Assembly (NCBI GenBank): GCA_964554715.1
Contig: CAZKPU010000001.1
Coordinates: 5,833-69,832 of the forward strand
Direction: 5' to 3'
Origin: an uncultured Thermotogae bacterium
Lineage (GTDB): Bacteria > Bipolaricaulota > Bipolaricaulia > UBA7950 > UBA9294
DNA: 64,000 bases
The notes below the pieces were generated by a model. It was not told the DNA's origin. It was given only the letters and a program-made list of their open reading frames with translations, and searched no databases. A program made the translations under genes and the position numbers. Within the stretch, counting starts at the first letter, position 1. Each line of letters begins with the position of its first letter. Shown here piece after piece: positions 47,486 to 58,236 of the stretch.

Positions 47486-47596
47486 ATACTTCGAGGAGCC
47501 GACGGATGTCCGGCGGAATATCGGACACGGGGAGCGGGATCGGCTCCGGTGTCGAGCCGAACGGCGTCGCGATGACCCAGCGAAAGAGGTGCTCGC

Positions 47597-49252
47597 GTGC
47601 AACAAACGAACGGACTGTCGGAGGATGCAAGATCGGAAAGCGGCCGGCGTTCGGCTGTCTTCGCGCCGCATGCGGTGGCTGCAACCAGCCAGCCGTTGGC
47701 GACGGCGGCGGCCGTTGAGATCATGAGGCGGGGCGGGACCGCCATCGACGCCGCGATCTGCGCCAACGCCGTTCTGGCTGTTGTCGAGCCGATGAGCTGC
47801 GGGATCGGCGGCGACCTGTTTGCGATCGTCTGGGAGGCGGACACGGCTCGTCTCTACGGCTTCAACGGAAGCGGTCGAGCCCCCGGCGGCCTGACCCGCG
47901 AGCTGTTTTCCGAACGCGGGATGCAACGGATCCCCGAGCAGGGTCCGCTGTCGTGGAGCGTTCCAGGGTGTGTGGACGGATGGGTTTCGCTTCATGAGCG
48001 GTTCGGACGTCTGGACATGACTGCGCTGCTGGCTCCGGCGATCGGATACGCACGCGGTGGATTCCCGGTTTCGCCGGTGATCGGCCAGGCGTGGAACGCG
48101 TCGGCGGAGATGCTCTGCGCAGACGACGGTGCGGCAAGAACCTTCCTCCCGGAAGGCCGAGCGCCCCGTGTCGGCGAGCTGTTCCGCAACCCTGCATTGG
48201 CCGAGGTGTTGGAGCGGATCGCCGCTGACGGCCGCAACGGCTTCTATGGAGGACGGACCGCAACTCAAATCGATGCGTACGCCCGATCGATCGGAGCCGT
48301 CCTGCGGGGAGACGACCTTGCCGAACACCGGTCCGACTGGGTCGATCCGGTCTCGGTCGAATACAGGGGGCATCGGGTGTGGGAGCTTCCGCCGAACACA
48401 CAGGGGATCGCCGTGCTGGAAATGCTGCAGGTCCTGAGCGGTTTCGACTTGCAGTCGCTGGAGCACAACACGGATGCGTACGTGCACGTGCTCACCGAGG
48501 CAAAGAAGCTTGCGTATGAGGACCGGGCCCGCTTCTACGCCGACATGGAGGCTGCGGATGTTCCCATCAAACGATTGTTGTCTTCGGAGTACGCGCAGCA
48601 GCAGCGCAAGCGGATCGATCCCGATCGTGCGGCGACGGAGTATCCGACCGTCGGGGCATCGTCGTTTGCGGCCGACACGGTGTACCTGTCGGTCGTTGAT
48701 GAGGAAGGAAATGCAGTCTCTCTGATCCAGAGTATCTTTCACCCGTTCGGCTCCGGGAACGTCCCCGCCGAACTGGGGTTCGCACTGCAGAACAGAGGTT
48801 GCCTCTTCTCCCTTGACGAAACCCACGCCAACCGGCTCGAACCGCGGAAGCGACCGTTTCACACGATTATTCCCGGTTTTGTCACCCGTGGGGGGAGACC
48901 CGTCTTCTGCTTCGGTGTGATGGGCGGAGACATGCAGCCGCAGGGTCAGGTTCAGGTTCTTCTCAACCTGCTAGAGTTCGGAATGGATCCGCAACAAGCG
49001 GGCGATGCACTCCGGTTTCGCCACGAGGGCTCATCAACACCGGTCGGAGATCGGATGCAAGACGGAGGAGAGGTGCTTCTCGAACCCGGATTCCCCAACA
49101 GCGTCATCCACGGACTCGAACGCCGGGGACATCGCGTTCGCGTGCAAACAGGAGGGTATGGCGGTTATCAGGGGATCTGGATCGATCCGAACACGGCCGT
49201 TCGAATCGGGGGATCGGAACCGCGCAAGGACGGCTGTGCGGTTGGGTACTAG
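47597..49252 (+). CDS. ggt: gamma-glutamyltranspeptidase-family protein (no signal peptide)
   Basis: GGT family with the catalytic Thr region (…LEPRKRPFHTIIP…). GTG start with an AAAGAGGTG SD. Confidence 0.8.
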   Translation: MQQTNGLSEDARSESGRRSAVFAPHAVAATSQPLATAAAVEIMRRGGTAIDAAICANAVLAVVEPMSCGIGGDLFAIVWEADTARLYGFNGSGRAPGGLTRELFSERGMQRIPEQGPLSWSVPGCVDGWVSLHERFGRLDMTALLAPAIGYARGGFPVSPVIGQAWNASAEMLCADDGAARTFLPEGRAPRVGELFRNPALAEVLERIAADGRNGFYGGRTATQIDAYARSIGAVLRGDDLAEHRSDWVDPVSVEYRGHRVWELPPNTQGIAVLEMLQVLSGFDLQSLEHNTDAYVHVLTEAKKLAYEDRARFYADMEAADVPIKRLLSSEYAQQQRKRIDPDRAATEYPTVGASSFAADTVYLSVVDEEGNAVSLIQSIFHPFGSGNVPAELGFALQNRGCLFSLDETHANRLEPRKRPFHTIIPGFVTRGGRPVFCFGVMGGDMQPQGQVQVLLNLLEFGMDPQQAGDALRFRHEGSSTPVGDRMQDGGEVLLEPGFPNSVIHGLERRGHRVRVQTGGYGGYQGIWIDPNTAVRIGGSEPRKDGCAVGY

Positions 49253-49254
49253 AG

Positions 49255-49722
49255 ATGGCGGCAAGAGGAATCGCCGAATTGCGACGGAACGGGATCGCAT
49301 TCGATGAGCTTCGGTACCGGTTCGAGCATGGGACGGATGTGGCACGGACGGCAGCGGATACGCTTGGGATCCCGCACGATGAGGTGGTCAAGAGCCTGGT
49401 TTTCCGTGCTTTCGATGGCTCTTTCCTGTTTGCCTTGCTCGGCAGTGATGCCCATGTCAGCGTCCGCAATCTAGGCCGCGCCACCGGACACAAGCATGTG
49501 GAGGCGGCTTCGCCGCGAGATGCGCAACGGATCACCGGCTATCAGGTTGGCGGAATCAGTCCTCTTGGGGCGAAGACACCGCTGCCGGTTGTGCTTGACG
49601 CCACCACGGCGAGGCATCCACAGCTTGTCATCAACGCCGGAGCGCGGGGCACGCTGATCCGGCTGAGAACTGACGATCTTGTCTGCGTCACCGGAGCAAC
49701 GGTTGCCGACATCCGCATGTAG
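49255..49722 (+). CDS. YbaK/ProX-type aminoacyl-tRNA deacylase
   Basis: 155 aa, YbaK fold (…GYQVGGISPLGAK…). Confidence 0.65.
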   Translation: MAARGIAELRRNGIAFDELRYRFEHGTDVARTAADTLGIPHDEVVKSLVFRAFDGSFLFALLGSDAHVSVRNLGRATGHKHVEAASPRDAQRITGYQVGGISPLGAKTPLPVVLDATTARHPQLVINAGARGTLIRLRTDDLVCVTGATVADIRM

Positions 49723-49723
49723 A

Positions 49724-49775
49724 GCCGATCCGGACCGGTAGGATCCGGATCGGCCATCGGCTCCATTCGATCCGG
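49724..49775. repeat. GC hairpin (GCCGATCCGG-N11-CCGGATCGGC) embedded in three copies of GATCCGG
   Basis: Seen directly between convergent ybaK and pepF; no U-tract. Confidence 0.4.
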
Positions 49776-49782
49776 TCGAACG

Positions 49783-51573
49783 TTACCGCCTGTCGACCTG
49801 TGACGTCAGATCCTCGATCTGCTCAATCATCTCGGCGATGATGTCGAAGCCGCCTTGCCAGAACGATGCCGGACGGATGTCGATGCCGGCCTCATCAAGG
49901 ATATCGATCGGACGGCGCGATCCGCCGCTTTCGAGAATGCGCTCATACTTGGGGACGAACGCCTGCTGCTCCTTCTGGTACTGCTGGTAGAGCGACAAGA
50001 CAAGCAGCTGCCCGAAGGTGTATGCGTAGCAGTAGAACGGTGTCGCGTAGATATGCGGGATGCTCGTCCACTCCCAGCGGAACTCCTCGGACAGTTCGAA
50101 GCTGTCCCCGAACTGCTCCTTGAGGTTGTCCATATACAAGGCGGCGAGCTGATCCGTGGTGGCTCCCTTGCCGTTGATCAGATCGTGAGCGTCCCGTTCG
50201 AACAGGACGAAAAACGCCTGACGGATCGCGGTCGCGTAGGTTTCATCAACGAACTGAGCCAGCAGGGTGCGGCGGATCTCCGGATCGGTCTCGTCGGCAA
50301 GAACGCGTTCCAGAAGAAGGATCTCCGAGAAGACGGATGCCGTCTCCGCCAACGGCAAGGACGAGTGGAACGTCAGCGGCGAGTGCCCGGAGGCGAGCAT
50401 GCTGTGGATCGCGTGTCCGAGTTCGTGGGCCATCGTCGACACCGACCCGTAGCGGCCGGTGTAGTTGACCGATACCCATGGGGTCTTGTCGGGGACGACG
50501 CCGTAGCAGAACGCTCCCGTGTCTTTGCCCGGACGCGTCTCCGAATCCAGATGCCCCTCGGCAAGGACACGTTTGGCGAGTCCGGCGATCCGCGGGGAGA
50601 AACGGCGCATGGCGTCGGAGATCAGCGGCACGGCCTCCTCGAACGCGTATGTCTTCTCTTCGGAAGCGAGAGGGGCGTACAGATCGTAGCGCCGGAGCTT
50701 CTCTTCGCCTAACCATGTGGCCTTGAGTTTGAAGTAGCGTTGGAAGAGCGATGCGTTCCGACGGCAAACCTCGAGAAGGGTGTCTACGACGTCATCCGGG
50801 ATGTCGTTGGCCAGATTCCGGACCGAAACCGGGCCGGCCATCCCGCGAAGCGCGACGTTCTCCTGGTACCAGTCGCCGACGACATAGCGGTAGATCTGGC
50901 CGAGAACGCCGCTGTGCTTCTCGTACTCACGGTATAGGATCTGATACGCGCGTGCCCGTTGCTCCGGGGACGCGCTGAACGCGAACGCCATCAGCTCCGA
51001 CCGCGTCAGGTGTTTGACCTCGCCGTCCGATTCCCATTCGAACAGAAGCCCGTTGGTGATCATGTCGTAGACCGTGACCAGACCTTGGGTGCCGTTGATA
51101 TCCTTGGTTGTGATGGCCTTCTCGACCGGTTCGGACAGCGTGTACGGAGCGTACCGCCGGAGCGACTCCAAGTGATAGCGGACATCGCCGCTGTTTTCGA
51201 GCAAAGGCGTGGCGTGCTGTTCGTCGAGCGATTTCCACCACAGGTCGAAGAACAGCGTACGGTTCTGAGCTTCCGCGAGCGTCTTCTCAACTCGCCCGCG
51301 GAATGCGAGCGCGTCCTGATCGCTGGTGTCCTCCGAGAACCAGAGGTGGGCGTATCCGTTGAGCTGGCGAACGAGATAGCCGATCCGTTCAACGGTCGTG
51401 AGCACCTCGGCCAGCCGCTGTGCGGGGATGTCATCCGTGAGCAGCGAACGTTTCGCTTCCAGCGTTTCGATGGCGGATTCCAGCTCTGTAAACACAGCCT
51501 CCATCTCGGGTCCGGTCGGCGAGGTGATCAGATCGTTCAGTGACCAGCGACCTTGCGTGTAGCGTTCGGACAT
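49783..51573 (-). CDS. pepF: oligoendopeptidase F (M3B)
   Basis: HELGHAIH zinc motif; 596 aa. Confidence 0.8.
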   Translation of the reverse strand: MSERYTQGRWSLNDLITSPTGPEMEAVFTELESAIETLEAKRSLLTDDIPAQRLAEVLTTVERIGYLVRQLNGYAHLWFSEDTSDQDALAFRGRVEKTLAEAQNRTLFFDLWWKSLDEQHATPLLENSGDVRYHLESLRRYAPYTLSEPVEKAITTKDINGTQGLVTVYDMITNGLLFEWESDGEVKHLTRSELMAFAFSASPEQRARAYQILYREYEKHSGVLGQIYRYVVGDWYQENVALRGMAGPVSVRNLANDIPDDVVDTLLEVCRRNASLFQRYFKLKATWLGEEKLRRYDLYAPLASEEKTYAFEEAVPLISDAMRRFSPRIAGLAKRVLAEGHLDSETRPGKDTGAFCYGVVPDKTPWVSVNYTGRYGSVSTMAHELGHAIHSMLASGHSPLTFHSSLPLAETASVFSEILLLERVLADETDPEIRRTLLAQFVDETYATAIRQAFFVLFERDAHDLINGKGATTDQLAALYMDNLKEQFGDSFELSEEFRWEWTSIPHIYATPFYCYAYTFGQLLVLSLYQQYQKEQQAFVPKYERILESGGSRRPIDILDEAGIDIRPASFWQGGFDIIAEMIEQIEDLTSQVDRR

Positions 51574-51618
51574 GTTCCCTTCTCCCTCCTGATCTTGATC
51601 CTGATTCGGGCATCAATC

Positions 51619-52236
51619 TCAACCTTCTCGGCCCGCTTTCTCGTGTTGCACCGGATCTGAGGCAAGAGAACCGTCCAACCCCAGCTCCGCCGCCGCGTCC
51701 TGCATCCCGGCGATCACATCGGCGAACAGATCCGGAAGTTCGATCCCGACGCGCTCGGCGCCTTCGCTGATCACGTCACGGTTTGCTCCGGCGGCGAACG
51801 CCTTGTCTTTCCATTTCTTCTTCAAAGACTTCACGGTCAGATCCGCAATGTTCTTCGACGGACGAACAAGCACCGCGGCGGTAACGAGCCCGGTGAGTTC
51901 GTCGATGGCATAGAGGACATTCTCCATCGGATGGGTCGGTTCGACGTCGGTGCACAGTTTCCAGCCATGAGAGACGACGGCATGAACGGCATCCTCCGGC
52001 CAGTGACGCTCGCGGAGGATCTTCTCGGTCATCTGGCAGTGTTGTGCCGGAAACTGCTCGTAGTCGAGATCGTGAACCAGTCCGATCGCACCCCACTTCT
52101 CCTCATCCTCATCGAGTTTTCGCGCCATGTATCGCATCACAGATTCCACGGCGAGCGCATGCTTGACCAGGCTCTCGCTCTTGTTGAACTCGACAAGCAG
52201 GTCGTACGCCTGTTGGCGGTTCGGCATCGTCATCAA
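51619..52236 (-). CDS. HD-domain phosphohydrolase
   Basis: H…HD motif (VHDLDYE); 205 aa. Confidence 0.6.
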   Translation of the reverse strand: MMTMPNRQQAYDLLVEFNKSESLVKHALAVESVMRYMARKLDEDEEKWGAIGLVHDLDYEQFPAQHCQMTEKILRERHWPEDAVHAVVSHGWKLCTDVEPTHPMENVLYAIDELTGLVTAAVLVRPSKNIADLTVKSLKKKWKDKAFAAGANRDVISEGAERVGIELPDLFADVIAGMQDAAAELGLDGSLASDPVQHEKAGREG

Positions 52237-52345
52237 CGGCCACCTCTTGAGTCGGGATGTGTGCTTGTGATGACTCTACCTCCGGGGCGGCCGGCCGTCC
52301 AGCGTTCGTGAGAAGCGTCCGCCGGTAACGTATAGTCCATCGCAT

Positions 52346-53134
52346 ATGATCTTGGGACTCGATGTAGCAACCTTCGTGGAGTTGTTCGCTGCGGCGATCG
52401 GCATCGGAACACTTGCCAGCCTGCTCGGTCTGGGAGGAGGCGTGTTCATGGTTCCCCTTCTTTCCCTTGGAGGGTTCGTGGCCACGATGCCGGAGGCCTC
52501 GGGTACGAGCATCGCCGCCGTGGTGTTCACCAGCCTCTCCGGTTCGATCGCCTACTACAAACAGCGAAAGATCAACGTGCGGATCGCCATTCTCTTCATG
52601 CCCACGGCGATCGCCGGGATCCTTGTCGGCGCCCAGCTGACCAGCGTTCTCGATCCATCGTGGCTGATGGTCGCGTTTGGCGTTTTCCTCTTGTATCCCG
52701 TCAGCATGATGATCACCGGACGCTCCCCGAAAGAGATCCGCTTCTCGCTCAAAGGACAGGCAGGGGGGAGCAAGCTGTATGGATTTGCTGCGGTGCTCGG
52801 CTTTGTCGCAGGGCTGGCCTCGGGTTTGTTCGGAATCGGTGGCGGAACGGTGTTTGTCCCCTCGCTTGCTGTGTTTCTCGGTCTCGACATTGTCACCGCG
52901 GTGGCAACCAGCCTATTCGTGATGGTCCCGACGACGATGGTCGGAGCGGCGAAACACTGGTTGCAGGGGAATCTTCATCCTGAGCTTGCACTGCCGATGA
53001 TCCTCGGGATCATCATCGGAGCGCAGATCGGCCCGCGGATCAGTCATCGGATCCCTAAGCGGAGGCTGCGCCAGCTGTTCGGAGTACTTCTCTTGTATGC
53101 CTCGATCCATATGCTCGTACAAGGCCTTTCCTAA
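52346..53134 (+). CDS. TSUP/TauE-SafE family membrane exporter (DUF81)
   Basis: Duplicated 4-TM halves with Gly-rich motifs. Confidence 0.65.
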   Translation: MILGLDVATFVELFAAAIGIGTLASLLGLGGGVFMVPLLSLGGFVATMPEASGTSIAAVVFTSLSGSIAYYKQRKINVRIAILFMPTAIAGILVGAQLTSVLDPSWLMVAFGVFLLYPVSMMITGRSPKEIRFSLKGQAGGSKLYGFAAVLGFVAGLASGLFGIGGGTVFVPSLAVFLGLDIVTAVATSLFVMVPTTMVGAAKHWLQGNLHPELALPMILGIIIGAQIGPRISHRIPKRRLRQLFGVLLLYASIHMLVQGLS

Positions 53135-53241
53135 CACTCCACATTGCTGTCCTTCTCGCATATCACAAGTGACGGCGAACCATCTCCGAGCGCCCGAGGA
53201 ACCGGCGTTTGACTTCCGAACGATCCGTTGCTAGACTTCGT

Positions 53242-53268
53242 TTAGCAGTTAAGGTATGAGACTGCTAA
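53242..53268 (+). promoter_or_regulatory. CIRCE-like HrcA operator TTAGCAGTT-N9-GACTGCTAA
   Basis: Compare the consensus TTAGCACTC-N9-GAGTGCTAA. It lies 14 nt upstream of the clp start codon; the spurious track start ATG 53256 falls inside its spacer. Confidence 0.55.
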
Positions 53269-53282
53269 CCAAGGAGATAGTC

Positions 53283-55505
53283 ATGATTCGCTTTGATAAG
53301 ATGACGCAGGGCGCACAGGAGCTTTTTCGCGAATCCCAGGATCTTCTCACGCGGTATAAGCACAATCAGCTCGATGTCGAGCACTTGGTCAGTGTTCTTG
53401 CCGGCAAAGAAGGAACCGGGCGCGAGATTCTGCAGGCGATGGGGGTTCATGTCGACGGTTTGGTGAAGGATCTTGACTTCCTGCTTCGCCGCAAACCAAC
53501 GGTCTCCGGCCCGACCGGCGGACAGATCTACATCACCCCCCGCCTCGAATCCGTCGTCACGGGGGCACAGATGGAGGCGGACCGCCTGCGGGACGAGTTC
53601 ATCGGGGTGGATCACCTGCTGCTGGCGATCAGCCGGGTGATCGAGCCTGAGTTCAAGCGGGTCCTCGATAAGCATCACATCACCCCCGAGGCGATCTACG
53701 CCGGACTGAAAGAGGTGCGCGGCGAGCAGCGGGTGACGGATCAGGACGCCGAAGATCGGTACCAGGTGTTGAAGAAGTACTCCAGCAACCTCACGGAGAT
53801 GGCTCAGCGCGGAGATCTCGATCCGGTGATCGGGCGCGATGAGGAAATCCACAGGATGCAGCAGATTCTCTCCCGGCGCCGCAAGAACAACCCGGTCTTG
53901 ATCGGGGAGCCCGGCGTGGGAAAGACGGCCGTGGTGGAAGGACTCGCTCAACGGATCGCTGACGGTGAGGTGCCGGAGGGGCTCAAGAACAAGGAGATCA
54001 TCTCCTTGGACATCGGGGCGATGGTTGCCGGTTCGAAATTCCGTGGCGAGTTCGAGGATCGGTTGAAGGCGGTCATCAAAGAGATCGAAGCGACGGCCGG
54101 CCAGTCGATCGTGTTCATCGACGAGGTCCACACCATTGTTGGTGCAGGGGCCGCGGAAGGTGCGATCGATGCATCGAACATGCTCAAAGAACCGCTTTCC
54201 CGGGGAAGGTTCCAATTGATCGGAGCGACAACGCTGGATGAGTACCGGGAGCATGTGGAGAAGGACTCCGCTTTGGAGCGCCGGTTCCAGAAGATCTTCG
54301 TTGACGAACCGACGATCGAGGAAACGGTGGCGATCTTGAATGGACTCCGGAGTACCCTTGAGGAACACCATGGGGTCAAGATCACCGACGACGCTCTTGT
54401 GGCGGCCGCCAAGCTGTCGGAGCGGTACATCTCGGATCGGTTCCTGCCCGACAAAGCGATCGATCTGATCGATGAGGCGGGCAGCCGCATCCGTGTCGAT
54501 GCCAGCGGAGAAGAGGTCACCGAGGCGCAGATCGCAGCGTTGGTCTCTCAATGGACGGGGATTCCGGCTGAACGGATGATCGAAGAGGAACGAGCGCGGC
54601 TGGCACAGATGGAGGACATCCTCCACGAGCGTGTGATCAACCAGGTGGAGGGGGTCCGCGCTGTATCCCAGGCGGTCCGCCACTCCCGTGCCGGTCTTTC
54701 GGATCCGCGCCGGCCGATCGGAACGTTTCTCTTCCTCGGCCCAACCGGCGTGGGGAAGACCGAACTCGCCAAGGCGCTGGCGTCGTTTCTGTTTGGCTCC
54801 GACGACGCGCTATTGCGGATCGACATGAGCGAGTACATGGAGCGCCACGCCGTATCGCGGCTGATCGGATCGCCCCCCGGGTATGTCGGGTATGAGGAAG
54901 GTGGCCAGCTCACCGAATCGGTCCGGCGTCGGCCGTATCAGGTTGTGCTTTTCGATGAGGCGGAAAAAGCCCATCCTCAGGTGATGAACCTGATGCTCCA
55001 ACTGCTTGACGAGGGGCGGCTCACGGACGGGCACGGGCGGACGGTGGATTTCAAGCACACGATCCTCATCCTCACATCCAACGTCGGCAGCGAGCGGTTC
55101 GAATCGGATGCGGCCTGGGAATCGATCGAGGAACAGGTGCGAGAAGATCTCAAGGGCGCGTTCCGGCCGGAGTTTCTGAACCGGATCGACGAGACGATCG
55201 TTTTCCACCGCCTCGAACAAGATGCAATTGCCCAGATCGTGGATCTGAAGATCGGCGCGCTCAACGAGCGGCTTGCCGAACAAGGGATCGCTCTCTTGTT
55301 GACGCAGAGCGCTCGAACGGCGCTTTCTCGGAAGGGGTTCGATCCGCACTACGGAGCGCGGCCGCTGGAGCGCGCGATCAAGCGGTTGATCGAGAACCCT
55401 CTTGCCGAGAAGATCGTAGCCGGAGAGATCGCAGAGGGAGATCACGTATCGGTCGATGCTGCGGCAATGTCCGACACGCTCCTCATCAGGAAAGCTTCGT
55501 CTTGA
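53283..55505 (+). CDS. Clp/Hsp100 AAA+ ATPase with ClpB-like N-domain and two NBDs but no M-domain and no ClpP-docking tripeptide
   Basis: Walker A GEPGVGKT / GPTGVGKT. The NBD1-NBD2 linker (…[33 protein letters not shown]…) is ~10 aa where ClpB has ~120. No IGF/L loop. Start ATG 53283 after AAGGAG. Confidence 0.7.
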   Translation: MIRFDKMTQGAQELFRESQDLLTRYKHNQLDVEHLVSVLAGKEGTGREILQAMGVHVDGLVKDLDFLLRRKPTVSGPTGGQIYITPRLESVVTGAQMEADRLRDEFIGVDHLLLAISRVIEPEFKRVLDKHHITPEAIYAGLKEVRGEQRVTDQDAEDRYQVLKKYSSNLTEMAQRGDLDPVIGRDEEIHRMQQILSRRRKNNPVLIGEPGVGKTAVVEGLAQRIADGEVPEGLKNKEIISLDIGAMVAGSKFRGEFEDRLKAVIKEIEATAGQSIVFIDEVHTIVGAGAAEGAIDASNMLKEPLSRGRFQLIGATTLDEYREHVEKDSALERRFQKIFVDEPTIEETVAILNGLRSTLEEHHGVKITDDALVAAAKLSERYISDRFLPDKAIDLIDEAGSRIRVDASGEEVTEAQIAALVSQWTGIPAERMIEEERARLAQMEDILHERVINQVEGVRAVSQAVRHSRAGLSDPRRPIGTFLFLGPTGVGKTELAKALASFLFGSDDALLRIDMSEYMERHAVSRLIGSPPGYVGYEEGGQLTESVRRRPYQVVLFDEAEKAHPQVMNLMLQLLDEGRLTDGHGRTVDFKHTILILTSNVGSERFESDAAWESIEEQVREDLKGAFRPEFLNRIDETIVFHRLEQDAIAQIVDLKIGALNERLAEQGIALLLTQSARTALSRKGFDPHYGARPLERAIKRLIENPLAEKIVAGEIAEGDHVSVDAAAMSDTLLIRKASS

Positions 55506-55548
55506 ACGCTGACCGGATACGGTCTTCCGGGACCACGCTCCGGTGATG

Positions 55549-57162
55549 CTAGCTGGGCGGCTCGTAGCGGCTGACCTGAGGGGCCATGATGACGCGGGCG
55601 ACGTCCCAAACCTGATGGATGTCGCCTTCCTCCAGCCCCCATGGGTCCACCCCCAGCGGCAACGTTGAGCCGTCGACTGCCGTCTCCGCCAGTGCATAGA
55701 TCCGGCCCTCGATCACCCACAGACCGCCGGATTCAAACCCTTGCCGGGTGAGGCGGGCAGCAAAATCCTCACCCACGGGGACGAAGACCACCATGTGGTT
55801 GGCAACACCCGAGCCGCTCGTATCGACACCGGCAATCACCGCTCCGTGCCCGAGGGTGCGCAGCAAGCTGGCGTAAAGGATGGAAGAGTCTTCGCAATCC
55901 CCGATGCGTTCAACCAGCGTCTCCACGGGGTAGCGAGGGTACTCGACGCCGCTTGGATCAGGTGCATACGCAACGACGCTCTGCACGAACGCTAGGGCGT
56001 TGTCGGCGATATCGTAGTAGGCGGTGCTGTCTACGCTTGCCGTCAGCAACGCTGCAAGTTCGGCCATTAGCGGATCGTCGAGCGGGTCGAGAACGTACCG
56101 GTCATAGGTTCCGTAGACGGCGACGCATCTGGATCGCGATGAGTACTCCTCGATCAGCGACACGGGGATCGAGAGCGACACCGAGCTTCGCCGGCCGTCG
56201 AACCACCAGCTGTATCCGTAGGAGGCGGTTTCTCCGTGTTCGGTCGAGGGAGGATCTTGTCCATCGTCTGTGGGTTGAGTGACAAGGATCTCCGTCTCGC
56301 GCGAGGCGACCGATCCCGATGCGTCCGCGACGATCAGCCGTACGGTGAACTGCCCGGGTGCCAAATAACGGTGTGTCACGATCGATCCTTCGGTTGAATC
56401 GCCGTCCCCGAACGTCCACACGTAGTGGACGACCCTCCCCGTAGCGGATGTCGATGCGGTTCCGTCGAACGTCACCGCTTCTCCAAGCGCTAGAGACGCA
56501 GCCGATGCGGAAATGCGAGCGACAACGGCCCCGTCCTGAGCCTCCGCCTCGCCCTGCACGGACAGTGTTGTCGTTGCCGAGGACGTGGCTCCGTCCTCGT
56601 CGGTGACGACAAGTGTGACGGTGTAGTCTCCCGCGAGTTGGTACCTGTGGGATGCCGACGTTCCTTGCCCTTCCGAACCGTCTCCGAACGACCAGCGGCA
56701 GCCGATGATCCCTCTGTCGTCGGTGGACGCCGAGGCGGAGAACTCGACGTCCTGTCCGACCGATGCCGGATTGGGCGTAGCGGAGATCCTTGCCACGGGA
56801 GGAGTGTTCGGAGGATCGACCTCAACGGTGAGTTCGGTCTGGGAAAGCTGCCCGTGATCGTCGGTCACGGCGAGCGTTACCGTGTGCTGTCCGGCGCCGA
56901 CGAAGGTGTGCTCGGGAGACTCTCCCGTCACGGACTGGCCGTCGTCGAACCACCAGGTGTAGTCGACGATGATGCCGTCGGGATCATAAGAGGGCGAAGC
57001 ATCGAAGGTGACGACCAGCGGTGCGCGGCCGGTGGCCGGCGACACGGAGGCGCCCGGTACGGGAGGCTGATTGCGAAAGAACGTACATCCGGAAAGCAGG
57101 AGCGCCCCCAGCGTTACGAGCGTCAACAACAGCCCTGTGGCACGGGATAAGGGCCCAGACAT
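55549..57162 (-). CDS. lipoprotein with four PKD repeats and a C-terminal transglutaminase-like cysteine-peptidase-like domain
   Basis: Lipobox LLSGC; four repeats of the WxFGDG…HxY pattern; C-terminal GDCEDSSILYASLLRTLG / NHMVVFV motifs. The track ORF is over-extended to 57327. Confidence 0.6.
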   Translation of the reverse strand: MSGPLSRATGLLLTLVTLGALLLSGCTFFRNQPPVPGASVSPATGRAPLVVTFDASPSYDPDGIIVDYTWWFDDGQSVTGESPEHTFVGAGQHTVTLAVTDDHGQLSQTELTVEVDPPNTPPVARISATPNPASVGQDVEFSASASTDDRGIIGCRWSFGDGSEGQGTSASHRYQLAGDYTVTLVVTDEDGATSSATTTLSVQGEAEAQDGAVVARISASAASLALGEAVTFDGTASTSATGRVVHYVWTFGDGDSTEGSIVTHRYLAPGQFTVRLIVADASGSVASRETEILVTQPTDDGQDPPSTEHGETASYGYSWWFDGRRSSVSLSIPVSLIEEYSSRSRCVAVYGTYDRYVLDPLDDPLMAELAALLTASVDSTAYYDIADNALAFVQSVVAYAPDPSGVEYPRYPVETLVERIGDCEDSSILYASLLRTLGHGAVIAGVDTSGSGVANHMVVFVPVGEDFAARLTRQGFESGGLWVIEGRIYALAETAVDGSTLPLGVDPWGLEEGDIHQVWDVARVIMAPQVSRYEPPS

Positions 57163-57342
57163 GACGGCTTGATCAGCGGGATCTGTACGATTCGGCACAA
57201 CCGTTTCCTCTCTTTCCGAGTTGATCATCGCACGGCGGCTGAGCAAGCGTGGGAAGCGATGCGACAGAGGCGTGAGACATGCGCCAAGAACGAACGAGTC
57301 AGATGTCGGCCCGGTGGCCCGGGACATCGCGGCCGGCTGCGC

Positions 57343-58236
57343 TTAGTGGCGAAGTTCGCTGCTTCGAACCGCTTCGATCCGCCGGGACAGGACATCGATT
57401 TGAGAACGGATCGACGGTTCGATCAATGCAGGCGACTCCCCCGGCGGCGGCTTCAGCCCAAGCCGCTGATGCAGCTGGAGGGCGTTGACGACGCTCTGAC
57501 CGAGGTGACAGTTGTTGGTGAACACGAAGGTCTTGCGTGCGGTCCCCGCCTTCTCTTCTGCACGCCTTGCCCACGCTTCGAGGTTGTCAGCCGTATAGAG
57601 GTAGTCGTAGCGAAGGCCCGGAGCCTCATGGTGCCACCACGTCTTCGCGTTGCGGCCGTGAAGCCGGTAGTAGGCGATGTCGGATGTGACCTCGTTGCTG
57701 GGGCGGGGAAGTCCGGGAAGCGGCGGGAGATCGACATTGACGAAACCCAATCCGAGATTCCGCAGCGTCTCGAACGTCTCGGGTTCGTACCACCCGATGT
57801 GACGGAATTCGACGTTGATCGGGATGCCCTTGTCGGTCCGGATTCCGGACAGCTGCTCAAGATGACGGATGGAGTCAAGGTTGTTCTTGAACGCGTACGG
57901 GAACTGTGCAAGCAGCGCCGCGAGCTGGCCCCGCTCGACCAACGGAGCGATCGCGTCATAGAACGGCACGGTGATAGAGGCGAGCTTCTCCCGCTGGTGG
58001 GTCGCCTCCCGCGGCAGCTTGACGACGAACGTGAACTCCGGAGGAACCTTGGCCACGATCGCCTCGAACATCTTCGGTGAAGGGATGCGGTAGTACGTCG
58101 CGTTGATCTCGACGGCATCGAACCAGCGGGCGTAGTGCGTCAGGTACTTGACCGGCGGCGTCCCCGGCGGATAGACGGTGCCTACCCAGTCCCGGAAGCT
58201 GTAGCCCGAGGTTCCGACGTGAGTCTCATGTTCCAT
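57343..58236 (-). CDS. DUF72-family protein
   Basis: MEHETHVGTSGYSFRDW… is a typical DUF72 N-terminus. The 416-aa track ORF has a spurious Arg-rich extension. Confidence 0.6.
   Translation of the reverse strand: MEHETHVGTSGYSFRDWVGTVYPPGTPPVKYLTHYARWFDAVEINATYYRIPSPKMFEAIVAKVPPEFTFVVKLPREATHQREKLASITVPFYDAIAPLVERGQLAALLAQFPYAFKNNLDSIRHLEQLSGIRTDKGIPINVEFRHIGWYEPETFETLRNLGLGFVNVDLPPLPGLPRPSNEVTSDIAYYRLHGRNAKTWWHHEAPGLRYDYLYTADNLEAWARRAEEKAGTARKTFVFTNNCHLGQSVVNALQLHQRLGLKPPPGESPALIEPSIRSQIDVLSRRIEAVRSSELRH

Noticed and set aside
47450-47596. M-box (Mg2+) riboswitch upstream of mgtE
   Set aside because: The spacer to the divergent ggt start is only ~147 nt, and the TATAAT -10 at 47480-47485 leaves a ~24-nt 5' UTR. 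That is too short for an M-box.
46145-48862. 905-aa minus-strand ORF in the track
   Set aside because: Only the C-terminal 434 aa is MgtE, with an internal Met start at 47449 and a GGAGG SD. The upstream ~470 codons are a stop-free antisense frame of the ggt gene, typical of high-GC DNA.
53256-53282. ATG 53256 as the clp start
   Set aside because: It lies inside the CIRCE spacer and lacks an SD. ATG 53283 follows AAGGAG at the correct spacing.
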